The notes under the pieces are model-generated. The model made no database searches. It saw nothing but the letters and a program-made list of their open reading frames with translations, and was not told the origin of the DNA. 64,000 nucleotides of DNA, from the NCBI RefSeq assembly GCF_006345805.1, contig NC_042997.1, positions 49,910,001 to 49,974,000 on the forward strand, in the 5' to 3' direction. This DNA is from Octopus sinensis. Lineage: Eukaryota. The position numbers and the translations under genes are program-made. Below, in pieces: positions 52,290 through 63,392 of the stretch (positions within the stretch are counted from its first letter, which is position 1; each line of letters begins with the position of its first letter).

Positions 52290-52392
52290 GTAAGCGCTTT
52301 TGTTTTGTTTTGAATTTTAGTTTCCTTCTCAAACCATTTGCCTCTCACTGATAGAGAAAGATTCTCATAAAACCTTTCTATACATTAATACT

Positions 52393-52623
52393 TATTTCTT
52401 TATTACCCACAGGGGGCTAAACATAGAGGGGACAAACGAGGACAGACATAGGTATTAAGTCGATTACATCGACCCCAGTGCGTAACTGGTACTTATTTAA
52501 TCGACCCCGAAAGGATGAAAGGCAAAGTCGACCTTGGTGGAATTTGAACTCACAACGTAACAGCAGACGAAATACAGCTAAGCATTTTGCCTGGCGTGCT
52601 AACGTTTCTGCCAGCTCGCTGCC
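52393..52623 (-). mobile_element. SINE family B, about 100 nt downstream of exon 9
   Basis: Reverse complement of 36574-36795. Confidence 0.9.
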
Positions 52624-52642
52624 TTATATTAATATATTAATA

Positions 52643-53173
52643 CTAGCAAAATAAAAAAATGTGAAAACTAAAAAATATTCTGTAATGCAAATATACGATC
52701 ATATAGACAAAAAAAGTGTGGAGAAAAGTTGAAATAAATAGACAAAATCCTTTCACTTTTATATTCTCTAACCAAAACCCTCAAACAATATACACCAAGG
52801 CACACTTAAAAAAATATAGAAAGTCATAATACACAATTACAACATATAAATAAATAATAACTAAAATAAAATGTGAAAACCCCTAAAAATATTCTAATGC
52901 CAATATATGACCATATAGATTTAAAAAGTATGGAAGACCCTACATACAAAAAAAACTATGTACATACAATGAATTAGAGAAAACCCCATGTAAACCACCA
53001 TTTTTCCAGGTTTGTTCATTTACACGGGAGCTTTGAGCAAAATGTTATAATACATTACCATCCTTGGCCCATAAGTAATGTGCATGTAAAGTTTGGTGAA
53101 AATCGGTTGAGAATTGTGGAAATGTATGCATCAGTCAATATACACATACATACTGTGATTTATATATACGAGA
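52643..53173 (-). mobile_element. possible Helitron-like element (531 bp) in intron 9
   Basis: The minus strand reads A|TCTCGTATATATAAAT ... GCTAG|T. No clear subterminal hairpin was seen. Confidence 0.45.
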
Positions 53174-53488
53174 TAACTTTCCCTTGTTTATTATATCTCT
53201 TATATTGGATGCGTAAGCAGTTGAGAAGATTGTTTCATAGCCATGTAGTTCTTACTTTGAGCTGATTGTGAGGTACCGTAAATAGGTGTCTTCTATCACT
53301 GCTTTAGTTTGTGGATAAAATTTGGCAGACAGAAACTGTCCAGAAGCCTGTTACATGTAGGCCTTCGTGTATTCTGCCATAGCTTATCTGGATTATTAAC
53401 TTTCTGAGGGGAGATAACTCTCTAAAGAAATGTAACTCGATAGGTAGACTTAGTCATTTGAATGAATCAATCAACTGAGTACCAAGTT

Positions 53489-53652
53489 AATCATCATCAT
53501 CATCATCATCATTTAACGTCCGCTTTCCATGCTAGCATGGGTTGGACGATTTGACTGAGGTCTGGCGAACCAGATGTCTGCACCAGACTCCAATCTGATC
53601 TGGCAGAGTTTCTACAGCTGGATGCCCTTCCTAATGCCAACCACTCCGTGAG
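53489..53652 (-). mobile_element. (GAT)n-tailed retroelement, 3' module only
   Basis: (CAT)n followed by the reverse complement of the 3' module. Confidence 0.82.
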
Positions 53653-53767
53653 TATAGATTTAAAAAGTATGGAAGACCCTACATACAAAAAAGGTATGTA
53701 CATACAAGTATGATATTATTGACTAAGAACCTTCTGTAGGAAGTGCCTCATCATGAAGACAGTTTTA

Positions 53768-53949
53768 CCCTTTAGTACTTAAACCAGCCATATATGGTTA
53801 ATATATTTCTGCTTGTTTTATGTTTAAACTGGCTCAATCAAGCTATTTTAAAAATAAACTACTTTTTCAAAATTTTGGAATTTCAGGATAATTCAATAAT
53901 GTGAATAAATAAGGATTACATTTGACAGAGTAATCTGAATGCGAAAGGG
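53768..53949. mobile_element. piggyBac-like MITE copy in intron 9
   Basis: CCCTTTAG ... GCGAAAGGG-TTAG; internal sequence homologous to 43257-43477. Confidence 0.6.
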
Positions 53950-54012
53950 TTAGGAGTCTGAAGCAGTCTGAAAAGAATTAAAAAAGTATATTCAAATAGA
54001 TATGTATTTAAA

Positions 54013-54409
54013 TAGGTGCAGGAGTGGTTGTGTGGTAAGTAGCTTCCTTATCAACCACATGGTTCTGGGTTCATTCCCACTGCGTGGCACGTTGGGCAAG
54101 TGTCTTCTACTATAGCCTCAGGCCGACCAAAGCCTTGTGAGTGGATTTGATAGACGGAAACTGAAAGAAGCTCATCATATATATGTATGTGTGTGTATAT
54201 GTCCGTGTGTCTGTGTTTGTCCCCCCCAGCATCACTTGACAACCGATGTTGGCGTGTCTATGTCCCTGTAGCTTAGCGGTTCAGCAAAACAGACTGATAG
54301 AAAAAGCACTAGGTTTACAAAGAATAAGTCCTGGGGTCAATTTGCTCGACTAAAGGCGGTGCTCCAGCATGGCCACAGTCAAATGACTCAAACAAGTAAA
54401 AGAGTAAAT
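54013..54409 (+). mobile_element. SINE family A, full length, ending about 70 nt before the last WDR45B acceptor
   Basis: Family consensus. Confidence 0.9.
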
Positions 54410-54482
54410 AGATGTGTGAATGTCTTTCGTAAAAACTTCACTACAAAAGTTATTCAACTCTTGTCATTTTATCTTATTTCAG

Positions 54483-54589
54483 TTGTATGTGCTGATGGCA
54501 GTTATTACAAGTTCTCGTTCAACACTAAAGGAGACTGCACCAGGGAGGTCTATGCACAGTTCCTGGAAATGACAGACGATCGCTCATAG
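54483..54589 (+). CDS. WDR45B: WDR45B last coding exon (107 nt incl. TAG): (V)[34 protein letters not shown]
   Basis: tttcag acceptor; matches the WIPI3 C-terminus; ends in TAG. Confidence 0.96.
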
Positions 54590-54913
54590 TATCTGCCGTC
54601 TTTGTTATCTTGTTTCCTTCTCTTTTATCTCTATCTGTCTATCCCTGCCTAACTCTGTCTCTCTCTCTCTCTCCCTCTCACATCCATTCTTTCTCTTCTA
54701 CCATCTACATTTCTTGCTGAGGAATACTTGAAGAGAATGTCATATCAAAAGACACACATATGATGGTGCTTTAATTACTGATAACAATTATGGTTATACA
54801 AACCAAAAGCAAAATTCCATATGGAAAATGAAAGACAAAAAACACACAAAAACAACTTACCTAAAGAAGAAATGCAGCTAATATATTTCCAGACATACTT
54901 GTGAACCCATGTA

Positions 54914-54919
54914 AATAAA
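54914..54919 (+). promoter_or_regulatory. candidate polyadenylation signal (AATAAA cluster about 54914-54935)
   Basis: Several overlapping AATAAA about 325 nt after the stop. The background is AT-rich, so this is weak. Confidence 0.25.
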
Positions 54920-55045
54920 TAATGGAATAAATAAATCATAATACATTTATGCTAGATTTCACACATTTAAATATATTTTCTATATTGTATATTATCATTA
55001 TATATATATTATATACAAATTATTTATATGTAGAATTTGTTACTC

Positions 55046-55082
<37 letters not shown>

Positions 55083-55486
55083 TGTATAATATTCTCACTT
55101 CATGAAATCATCATCATCATTTAACATCCACTATTCCATGATGTGTGTGTGTGTAAAATTGGTTTTGGAGTGGTGAAACTTGAAGCATATGAAGCTAATA
55201 GCATGTAATTTTGCACTGAAAAATTCTTTGGATAGAGAAAGTCAGAGGCTGCCAGTGGAATTCAAACGAACATCTTCTGTAAACATTACAGGCATTCTGC
55301 CATTGAACCAAAGATCTTTGGATTTTTTTTTCTATCCAAAAAGATTTTTATTCCAATATTTGCATGTTATTGTTTGTAGCTTTATTTGCTTTGAGTTCCT
55401 CCACAAAAAAAAAAGAAAAGAAAAGAAAATTATTTTGCATTCTCTTGAAGTTTATAAATTCTGATATTATCATTATATGATATACA

Positions 55487-55938
55487 ATCAAAATCAAACT
55501 TAAATTCGATGACTGGCATCCGTGCTAGGGGAGCGCTAAGAGCACCATCCAAGAGTGATCGTTGCCAGAGCAGCTGACTGGCTTCCATGCCTGTGGTATG
55601 AAAAAAGCACCATTCAAGCATGATCGTTACCAGCGTCGATGTGAAAAAATATTCGAGCGAGGTCATTGCCCATGCCGCTGGACTAGCTCCTGTGTAAAAA
55701 CACCATTTGAGCATGGCTGTTGCCAGTACTGCCTGACTGGCCCTCATGCCGGTGGCACATAAAAGCACCCACTACACTCTCGGAGTGGTTGGCGTTATGA
55801 AGGGCATCCAGCTGTAGAAACACTGCCAGATCAGATTGGAGCCTGGTGCAGCCATCTGGTTCGCCAGTCCTCAGTCAAATCGTCCAACCCATGCCAGCAT
55901 AGAAAGCGGACGTTAAACGATGATGGTGATGATGATGA
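55487..55938 (+). mobile_element. (GAT)n-tailed retroelement downstream of the WDR45B stop
   Basis: CAATCAAAATCAAAC leader, about 4-5 units, 3' module. Confidence 0.83.
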
Positions 55939-56193
55939 TACACACACAACAGAGTAAGCACATAAAAGTGATACAAGGTGGAGAAAAATAGTACTCAAAT
56001 ACCAGAGGCAGAGTAATATGCTTTATTAAAGATGCAAAAGCATCACAAAAGAACTGTTGCTCAGAGTTCCATGTCCCCATTCGTTGGACAGTTTTGGTTT
56101 TCTCAATCAAAACTGTCTGATGAACAGGAATGTGAAACTCTGAGTAACAGTTTTTTTGTGTGTGATGTTTTTGCAGCCTTAATAATAAAGTAT

Positions 56194-56790
56194 GTCATCA
56201 TCATCATTTAATGTCCATTTTCCATGCTGGCGTGGGTTGGACGGTTCGACTGGGGTCTGGAAAGTCAGGAGGCTGCACCAGGCTCCAGTCTGATCTGGCA
56301 GTGTTTCTACAGCTCGATACCCTTCCTAATACCTATTTCTTTATTACCCACAAGGGGCTAAACACAGAGAGGACAAACAAGGACAGACATAGGTATTAAG
56401 TCGATTACATCGACCCCAGTGAGTAACTGGTACTTAATTTATCGACCCTGAAAGGATGAAAGGCAAAGTTGACCTCGGTCGAATTTGAACTCACAACATA
56501 ACGCAGACGAAATACCGCTAAGCATTTCGCCCGGCGTGCTAACATTTCTGCCAGCTCACCGCCTTTTACCCTTCCTAATACCAACTACTCTGAGAGTGTA
56601 GTAGGTGCTATTTTACATGCTACCGGCACTGGCTAGTGGGGGCTGGCATCGACCTCGATCTGATGGTGCTTTTTACATGACGCCGGCATGGAAGCCAGTC
56701 AAGGCAGCGCTGGCATCGGCCATATTCGAATGATGCTTTTTTTGTGCCACTGACACAAGGATCACAACTACAATTTTGATTTGATTGTGA
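56194..56790 (-). mobile_element. (GAT)n-tailed retroelement interrupted by SINE B
   Basis: 3' module at the left, units at 56600-56760, (GATTT)n leader at the right. Confidence 0.8.
56334..56563 (-). mobile_element. SINE family B with 16-bp TSD, nested in a GAT-tailed element
   Basis: TSD tacccttcctaatacc at 56318-56333 and 56567-56582. Confidence 0.92.
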
Positions 56791-56812
56791 TTTGATTTGA
56801 TATATATATATA

Positions 56813-57495
56813 TCATCATCATCATCATTTAGCGTCCGCTTTCCATGCTAGCATGGGTTGGACGGTTCAACTGGGGTCTGTGAAGCCAGAAGGCTGCATC
56901 AGGCCCAGTCTGATCTGGCAGTGTTTCTATGGCTGCATGCCCTTCCTAACGCCAACCACTCCGTGAGTGTTGTGGGTGCTTTTTACGTGCCACCCGCACA
57001 GGTGCCAGACGGAGCTGGCAAACAGCCATGGATGGATGGTGCTTTTTACGTGCCACCGGCACGAGGCCAGCCGGGGCGGATGGTGGTGCAGACGAGTCTG
57101 GCAGACGGCCACGAACAGATGGTGCTTTTTATGTGCCAGGCAAGGCTGGCAACGGCCACGAACGGATGGTGCTTTTTACGTGCCACTGGCATGAGGCCAG
57201 TCTGGGCGGCACTGGCAACGGCCATGAATGGATGGTGCTTTTTATGTGCCACCGACCCGAGGCCAGTTGGGGCAGCGCTGGCAACGGCCACATTTGGATG
57301 ATTCTCTTACGTGCCACCGGCACTGGTAACTCAGCTGCAATTTCCATTGATCAATTTCGATTCTGATTCTAACTTGCCTCAACCGGTCTTCACAAGTAGA
57401 GTTTTGTGTCCCAAGAAGGGAAGGTATGCATAAGTAGGCTGGCTACATTCCATGTAGAAGGCCACGGGTTATGGCCTCACTTGTCCTGCCGGGTC
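56813..57495 (-). mobile_element. (GAT)n-tailed retroelement, longest copy (about 7-8 units plus extra 5' sequence)
   Basis: Array of ATGGTGCTTTTTACGTGCCAC-containing units at about 56970-57330; unique 5' extension to about 57495. Confidence 0.83.
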
Positions 57496-57506
57496 ATATA
57501 TATATC

Positions 57507-57880
57507 GGGAGAATTCACGAAAAAACAAAAGACGAAGATAGGTGGTGTAGAAAACAAACAGATGTATTAGTATAACGCTTGGGAAGTGAAAAAGTCTTTA
57601 ACGTTTTGAGCCTACGCTCTTCCACAGAAAGGAACACAGAAAGAAACAAGGAGAGAAAAAAATATGTGTAGTGGCTACCGATCCATCATGGTGACTGTGT
57701 TTGATATGTATGTATCAAACCAACATCTTCTGTAAACATTACAAACATTCTGCCAGGGTGTGTGTATATATATATATATATATATGTAGGGAGAATTCAC
57801 AAAAAGACAAAAGACGAAGACAAGTGGTGTAGGCAAAAAACAGATGTATTAGTTTTATGCTCGAGAAGTGAAAAAGTCTG
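57507..57880 (-). mobile_element. two tandem Penelope-like terminal-repeat fragments (57507-57694, 57789-57880)
   Basis: Both begin GGGAGAATTCAC after (TA)n; the second is truncated before the core motif. Confidence 0.6.
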
Positions 57881-58002
57881 GTTATTTTTTTTTTATTACC
57901 AATATTAGGCAAGAAAAAATATGATCATCCCGAAATATCTGCTTCAGCACACATCAGGAATCTTGCAACACAAATTCATAAACGTCGGTCCAACTGCAGG
58001 AT

Positions 58003-58328
58003 ACCTTGGGCAAGTGTCTTCTACTATAGACTTGGGCCGGCCAAAGCTTTGTGAGTGGATTTGGTAGTTGGAAACTGAAAGAAGCCCATTGTATATGTAT
58101 ATATATATATGTGTGTGTGTGTATGTTTGTGTGTCTGTGTTTGTTCCCCCAACATTGCCTGACAACCGATCCTGGTGCATTTACGTCTCTATAACTTAGC
58201 AGTTTGCCAAAAGAGACTGATTGAATAAGTACTAGGCTTACAAAGAGTAAGTCCTGGGGTTGATTTGCTTGACTAAATGTGGTGCACCAGCATGGCTCTG
58301 CACTCAGATGGCTGTAACAAGTAAAAGA
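58003..58328 (+). mobile_element. SINE family A, 5'-truncated
   Basis: Begins at CCTTGGGCAAGTG; normal tail. Confidence 0.85.
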
Positions 58329-59559
58329 ATAACAGAATATATATCAGAAATAGAACGTGTCGTTAGCCAGCTGGAGGAGAAGTCTTCCTGGGGCTATAAA
58401 CACCAGTAGCACTGTCTCATATGGGATGCCACACTTGGTTAGCAATTATATGTCCCAATTCCATATTGTTACTGTTTACATCTTGCTCAGAGCTTTTTTT
58501 GAGATCAGCGACAGTTTGTCGCTGGAAAAAGCATACAGTATTTTGTGAGTGGGGTGAGTTTTTATTACTAGCTGGTGATTAACACACACCGAGGATGGGT
58601 AACCACCCAGAAACTCGAGTTCATGTGTATTATGTAAGGCTAAGGATGGGGTGTTGACCTCCCCTTACAAATGCTAATCAGACACACAATGTGTTTTCTA
58701 GCTGGAATGTCTTCCTGGGGCTATAAATGCCAGTAACACTGTCTTGTATGGGAAGCCACTCTTGGTTGGCAGTTATATATATATATATATTGCATCATGA
58801 TATTATTTAATATCCATGTGCCATGCTGGTATGGGTTGGACAGTTTGACAGGATTTGATAAGCCCAAGGATTGCATGGTGATTCAGTTTTTTCTGGTAGG
58901 GTTTCAACTGCTGAATGCACTTCTAAAGGGCCAACTACTTTATGGCAGGTCCTGGGTGCTTTTTTTTTTTTTTTCTCATGCCACCAGCACCAGTGAGTTT
59001 TTGGTTATGCAGTCTTTGTTCCCAAAGCAACAGAACTACCCTAGTGAATTTTCGACTCTGTAGGTAGGTCTTGTAACTGATGTGTGTGCACACGTGTGTG
59101 TGTGTGTATTTAATTTATTTTCCCTACTTCTGTGTTGGGAAGAATGCAACCAGCTTTTTTTTCATTTTTGAATTGTTTTCTCAGGATTTTTTTTCCAGAA
59201 TTCTGCTTTAATCATAGGAGATCATGATTCTAAATTAAAAAAAAAATAGTTAGGTTTTAGGGTCAGCAGTTATGAATTAGTATTTTCGAGCAGGGCTAAG
59301 TTTCAGAGTTTAGGTTTTAGAATTAAGGTTTAAAGTTTAGGATTAAATAGAAGAAATGGTATTTAAAACATTCAATTAGCAAATTCTTTTCTTTTAATTT
59401 TTAACAAAATCATAATCTGGTGTTCAAAACTGAAATCCAAAGAAACTTTCTAGAATTTAAAAAGAAATTTATGCGGATTATTTAGTCTGATATCCTGCTT
59501 ATGGTTTGTCTAGAGACTTTGCTATAATTTTAGTAAATTACATTGTGACATTAACTACA

Positions 59560-61445
59560 ATACCTTCTTCCCCCCAGTATTTTTCCTGGTGTGTGTGTAT
59601 GGATAAATAGTAATTGACCCAATGAAGGCAACCAGTATTCTGAGTCTCTGCTTCACAAATTGTCTGGGACTTGTCCACTATGTAAAAGTGATACTGATTT
59701 TAACCTCAAATCAATATATATAGTAGAGCTGCCGATGTATGGGGCAAAGGAAGCTGTAGGCATGCAGCCTATAAGAAGCATCTAGACACTCCGCAAACTG
59801 GAAATACAGAAATAGATCCTCTAATAGAATTGGTATAAATGTTTTTCCTTACCTGAAATTGATATGTACCTAATTCATATCACGAATGTAAGTCATGAGA
59901 TAAAAAACAAAGATTACAAACCACTTAAATAAACAGCAAAAAAGGAGATTGCTAGGAATTATGAAAAAATTGCATTATTCCTATGAAAGAGAAGGAAGCC
60001 AGGTTTATAGGAAATAGAAAACCAAGCTTTCTGTTTTTTTAATTTGCTGAGGAAATAGTCTTGGAGCATCGCATACTTGGGTCATTCTTTGAAGAAAATA
60101 ACTCTCTTGCTGCAACTTTGCAAAGGATAAGTGAAATACTGAATGAACAATTCAAAAGTGTTTTCACCTTTCCTCTGGAACTCATGCAGGTAAACAAACC
60201 AGATGAATCTTTGCCACCCCAGCTGTGTATACAGAGGCAGCAATGATCGATTACATTGACATGAAAGATGTGATATTGGCCATAAATGAAATAAGCCTAA
60301 ATTTATTTACTGTCCCTAATGCCTTCACAACAATTCTAAAACATGTAAATGAGCCCTAACAAAAGTACTGCAGTTTCTTTTGGAGCTTCCTTGCAAGTTG
60401 AAAGGAGACATGTGTCCCGTTTATAAAAGTGAAAGCAGGTCAAATGCTAAAAAGTAAAGGCTTGTCTCTCTGACCTTGCATATCAGCAAAGCCAGAGAAT
60501 GAATTATTGGAAGGAAACTCATCATATTCCTGGAAGAAAATTACTTGCTAAGCTGAACAAGGTTTACAACCAAGCAGCTGCCTGACACACCTCTTACAAC
60601 ACAGGTGGTTGTTAAAACAGTTGCTCAGCCATTCAAATATGGATGATATATCTCAATTTTGTGAAAGCCTTTGATAAAGTCAATCATGGTATGATATATC
60701 ACAACTGTATGATCTTGGGATTATCTGGAAACTGGGGAAGTGCCTGCATTACATATTAAAAGACAGAAGGTAGTAACCAAAGAGTCTATCTTTCAGGAAA
60801 CGAAAATAAAGTGTGGAGTCCCTTAGAGTATGTCCTCGTGGCTGTCTCAAACATGCTCTTAGCTATGCAGATAGTCACCCCCATGAACTATGTAGACAGT
60901 GCAAAAGTATCACAGGTGAAAAAGGACCTTGGAAGTATTCCACACCTGAAACATGATGTAAATGCTATTCATAAGTGGGCGGGAAGAAATAACATGAGCT
61001 TTAATGCTGAACATTTCCAAACCCTTTTATATCAGTGCACAAGTTTAAATGGAATAGAGACAAAAAAGTGAACCAGGAGGGATGCAAGTCCATGAGTCAT
61101 AATCAGTACATATTCTGGGCATTAACATGAATAATGCATCTTTTCCAGTGTATATTACTAAGATGGTATTGAAATGTAGACGTCAGACCCGATGAATTCT
61201 AAGAACTTTCAGAAAAAGTGGGCTGGAAACCATGATAGTTCTCTGGAGGACATTCATCTTCTAGATTATTGCTCCTAATAATGATAACCACATAGAGCAA
61301 AATTAATGGCAGAACTTGAAGTGATTCCATGCTGCTACAAAAAGATTACTTCAGTTACTGGGAAAGGCTTAAAAAGTTAAGATTGTATTTCCTTACACAG
61401 AGATAGGAAAAGTATGCAATAATAGGACTGGAACATTCTGGAAGC
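59560..61445 (+). mobile_element. highly decayed CR1/L2-type LINE ORF2
   Basis: In order: SEILNEQFKSVFT, KAFDKVNH, GVP-like, YxDxxK-like, WAGRNNMSFNAE and YWERLKKL-like remnants, with many stops and frameshifts. Confidence 0.75.
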
Positions 61446-62714
61446 CAATTTAAGTGCCATTTTTAAGATAGGATACAGAGTTCTATTTTACACACAAGAT
61501 GGAAAATACAATGTTTTATTTTTATGAACATTTGAATTTCATTTTCTATATTGAGTGCTTGAAGTGACAGATGCAGCATAAGGTCCAGTCCTGCAGTGTG
61601 GTACCTTGTGTGTCTCAATGATTCTGCGAGTTATACCAGTGGGGCACAAGCAGGATCTCTTGTGCTGGACAGTTCACAGGATAGAGGCCTGACTGATAAG
61701 GAGTACCTTTCTCTAGAGGTAAAAATGGGTCCATATAGGGTTAACAGTCTTACCTGAAAAAAAGAGACAAAAAAAGCAGACTTGCTGAAGTATCGGTGAC
61801 AATTCAAAACCAACAAGACCTGGGAGAGGAAACAGAAATGATAGCCCTAAGTCTAGGACAGTGGGGGAAAATTGTCAATGGCTTATGCTCCAGAGGGAGC
61901 AAAAGGCTTAAGTAAGCAAGTAAAGTGGTGGATAGGCTGCATTAAGAGCATCTGTAACTTATCTCCTTGCAATACTTAATTGTATTCTAAACTTAGGCCC
62001 ATGCTCTGGTACTCTCAGTGATTCAACTCAATCGATTCCTGCAGATATATGGTCTTGTTTCAGAGTGAGAGATCTATACTGATTGCCAACTATCTATGCT
62101 GCAAAAAGCAAATGATATATGTTTTGCCATTTTGAAGTTCTACAGGTCTGACCAAATTAAATTTGTATAAACTTAATTTTGATTTACATTTCATATTTCA
62201 AATCATTCAATATAGTGCTTGGATACAGGAGTGCATACTTTTACATGGATACAAATAAAGATTTAAGGAAAACACAGACATATTAATACTTTATATATAT
62301 ATAATATAATTGTAATTAGGGTTCAGCTAACTGCTTCACCAATACTGAAATTAGAAATAGGAGTTAAAAATTTCTTTCCTGCTGCTATAAAAATCTCCAT
62401 GACAGTAAACATACTTTTTTACGAATTCAAAGAGAAAAACAATGAATCAACACGACCAGGATTAATTATATATGCATTTTTACTTACTTCTCTCTTCAGT
62501 ATAATATTTCCAATTTTTATAAAATTTGTAAGTTCTATAGCTGAATATGCACACAATCAAGCGTTATCATGTAACGGATATCCAACCAACACTTCCAAAA
62601 TTTACAGAGCCGAATGGGAATACACTATTCAAACTCTATACCCATGTGTATGCTACGAGCAATACCGCAAAAAACTGCAGTATTCTATCATGGAGTAAAT
62701 TATAATTTTAATTT

Positions 62715-62754
<40 letters not shown>

Positions 62755-62876
62755 TATAATATATAAATTAGAGATAAAACCACTATTAGGCAAATCAAAC
62801 AGTGAAAGTCATAAGCCAATACATAGAAATGAAATTAATTAATAAAATATATAAAAAATATAAAATTCCAAATTAA

Positions 62877-62976
62877 NNNNNNNNNNNNNNNNNNNNNNNN
62901 NNNNNNNNNNNNNNNNNNNNNNNNNNNNNNNNNNNNNNNNNNNNNNNNNNNNNNNNNNNNNNNNNNNNNNNNNNNN
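62877..62976. other. assembly gap (100 N)
   Basis: A run of exactly 100 N, usually a gap of unknown size. Confidence 0.99.
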
Positions 62977-63392
62977 AATAGCGGTTCGACGTGAAAAGAA
63001 AATACAACAAATTGAAAACGAACACGTTTATTTTACTTTCATTCATCCGGTTGTGGAGGTATCGACAGGCAACGAATCCTACAGACTGCTCAAGCGTAAA
63101 TGTTCATTCTGACCAGATGCGCTCACAAATTTAACTATTTGCATTGTGGACACAATCTTCCTTACAAACACAAGCTCATTATCACCAGATAGAAATGGCT
63201 GTATTTAACATAAGCCGGACAAAATGCTTAGTGGTATTTTGTTCTAAGTTCAAATTCTTCCGAGGTCGACTTTGCCTATGATCCTTTTGGAGTCGATAAA
63301 ATTAGCGCTAGTTGATTACCGGGCATGACGTTATCGATTATTCCCCAACCGCAAGTTTCCGTCCCTGTGCCTATCGCAGAAAGAGTATTTAA

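Larger units (their letters stand above)
20575..54589 (+). other. WDR45B: WDR45B/WIPI3 gene span (coding exons 2-10; exon 1 not found in window)
   Basis: Nine GT-AG exons splice in frame to [69 protein letters not shown]...ELRRGANSAHIYC...[12 protein letters not shown]. This closely matches vertebrate WDR45B as I recall it. The LRRG (not FRRG) motif fits WIPI3/4. Confidence 0.95.

Noticed and set aside
56858-57366. Internally repetitive ORFs up to 147 aa on both strands
   Set aside because: They come from the GC-richer tandem units of the GAT-tailed element; the reading frame is not kept between copies.
62399-62698. 99-aa plus-strand ORF between (TA)n runs
   Set aside because: No recognisable homology or Kozak/splice support; chance length is plausible, and it lies next to a gap.
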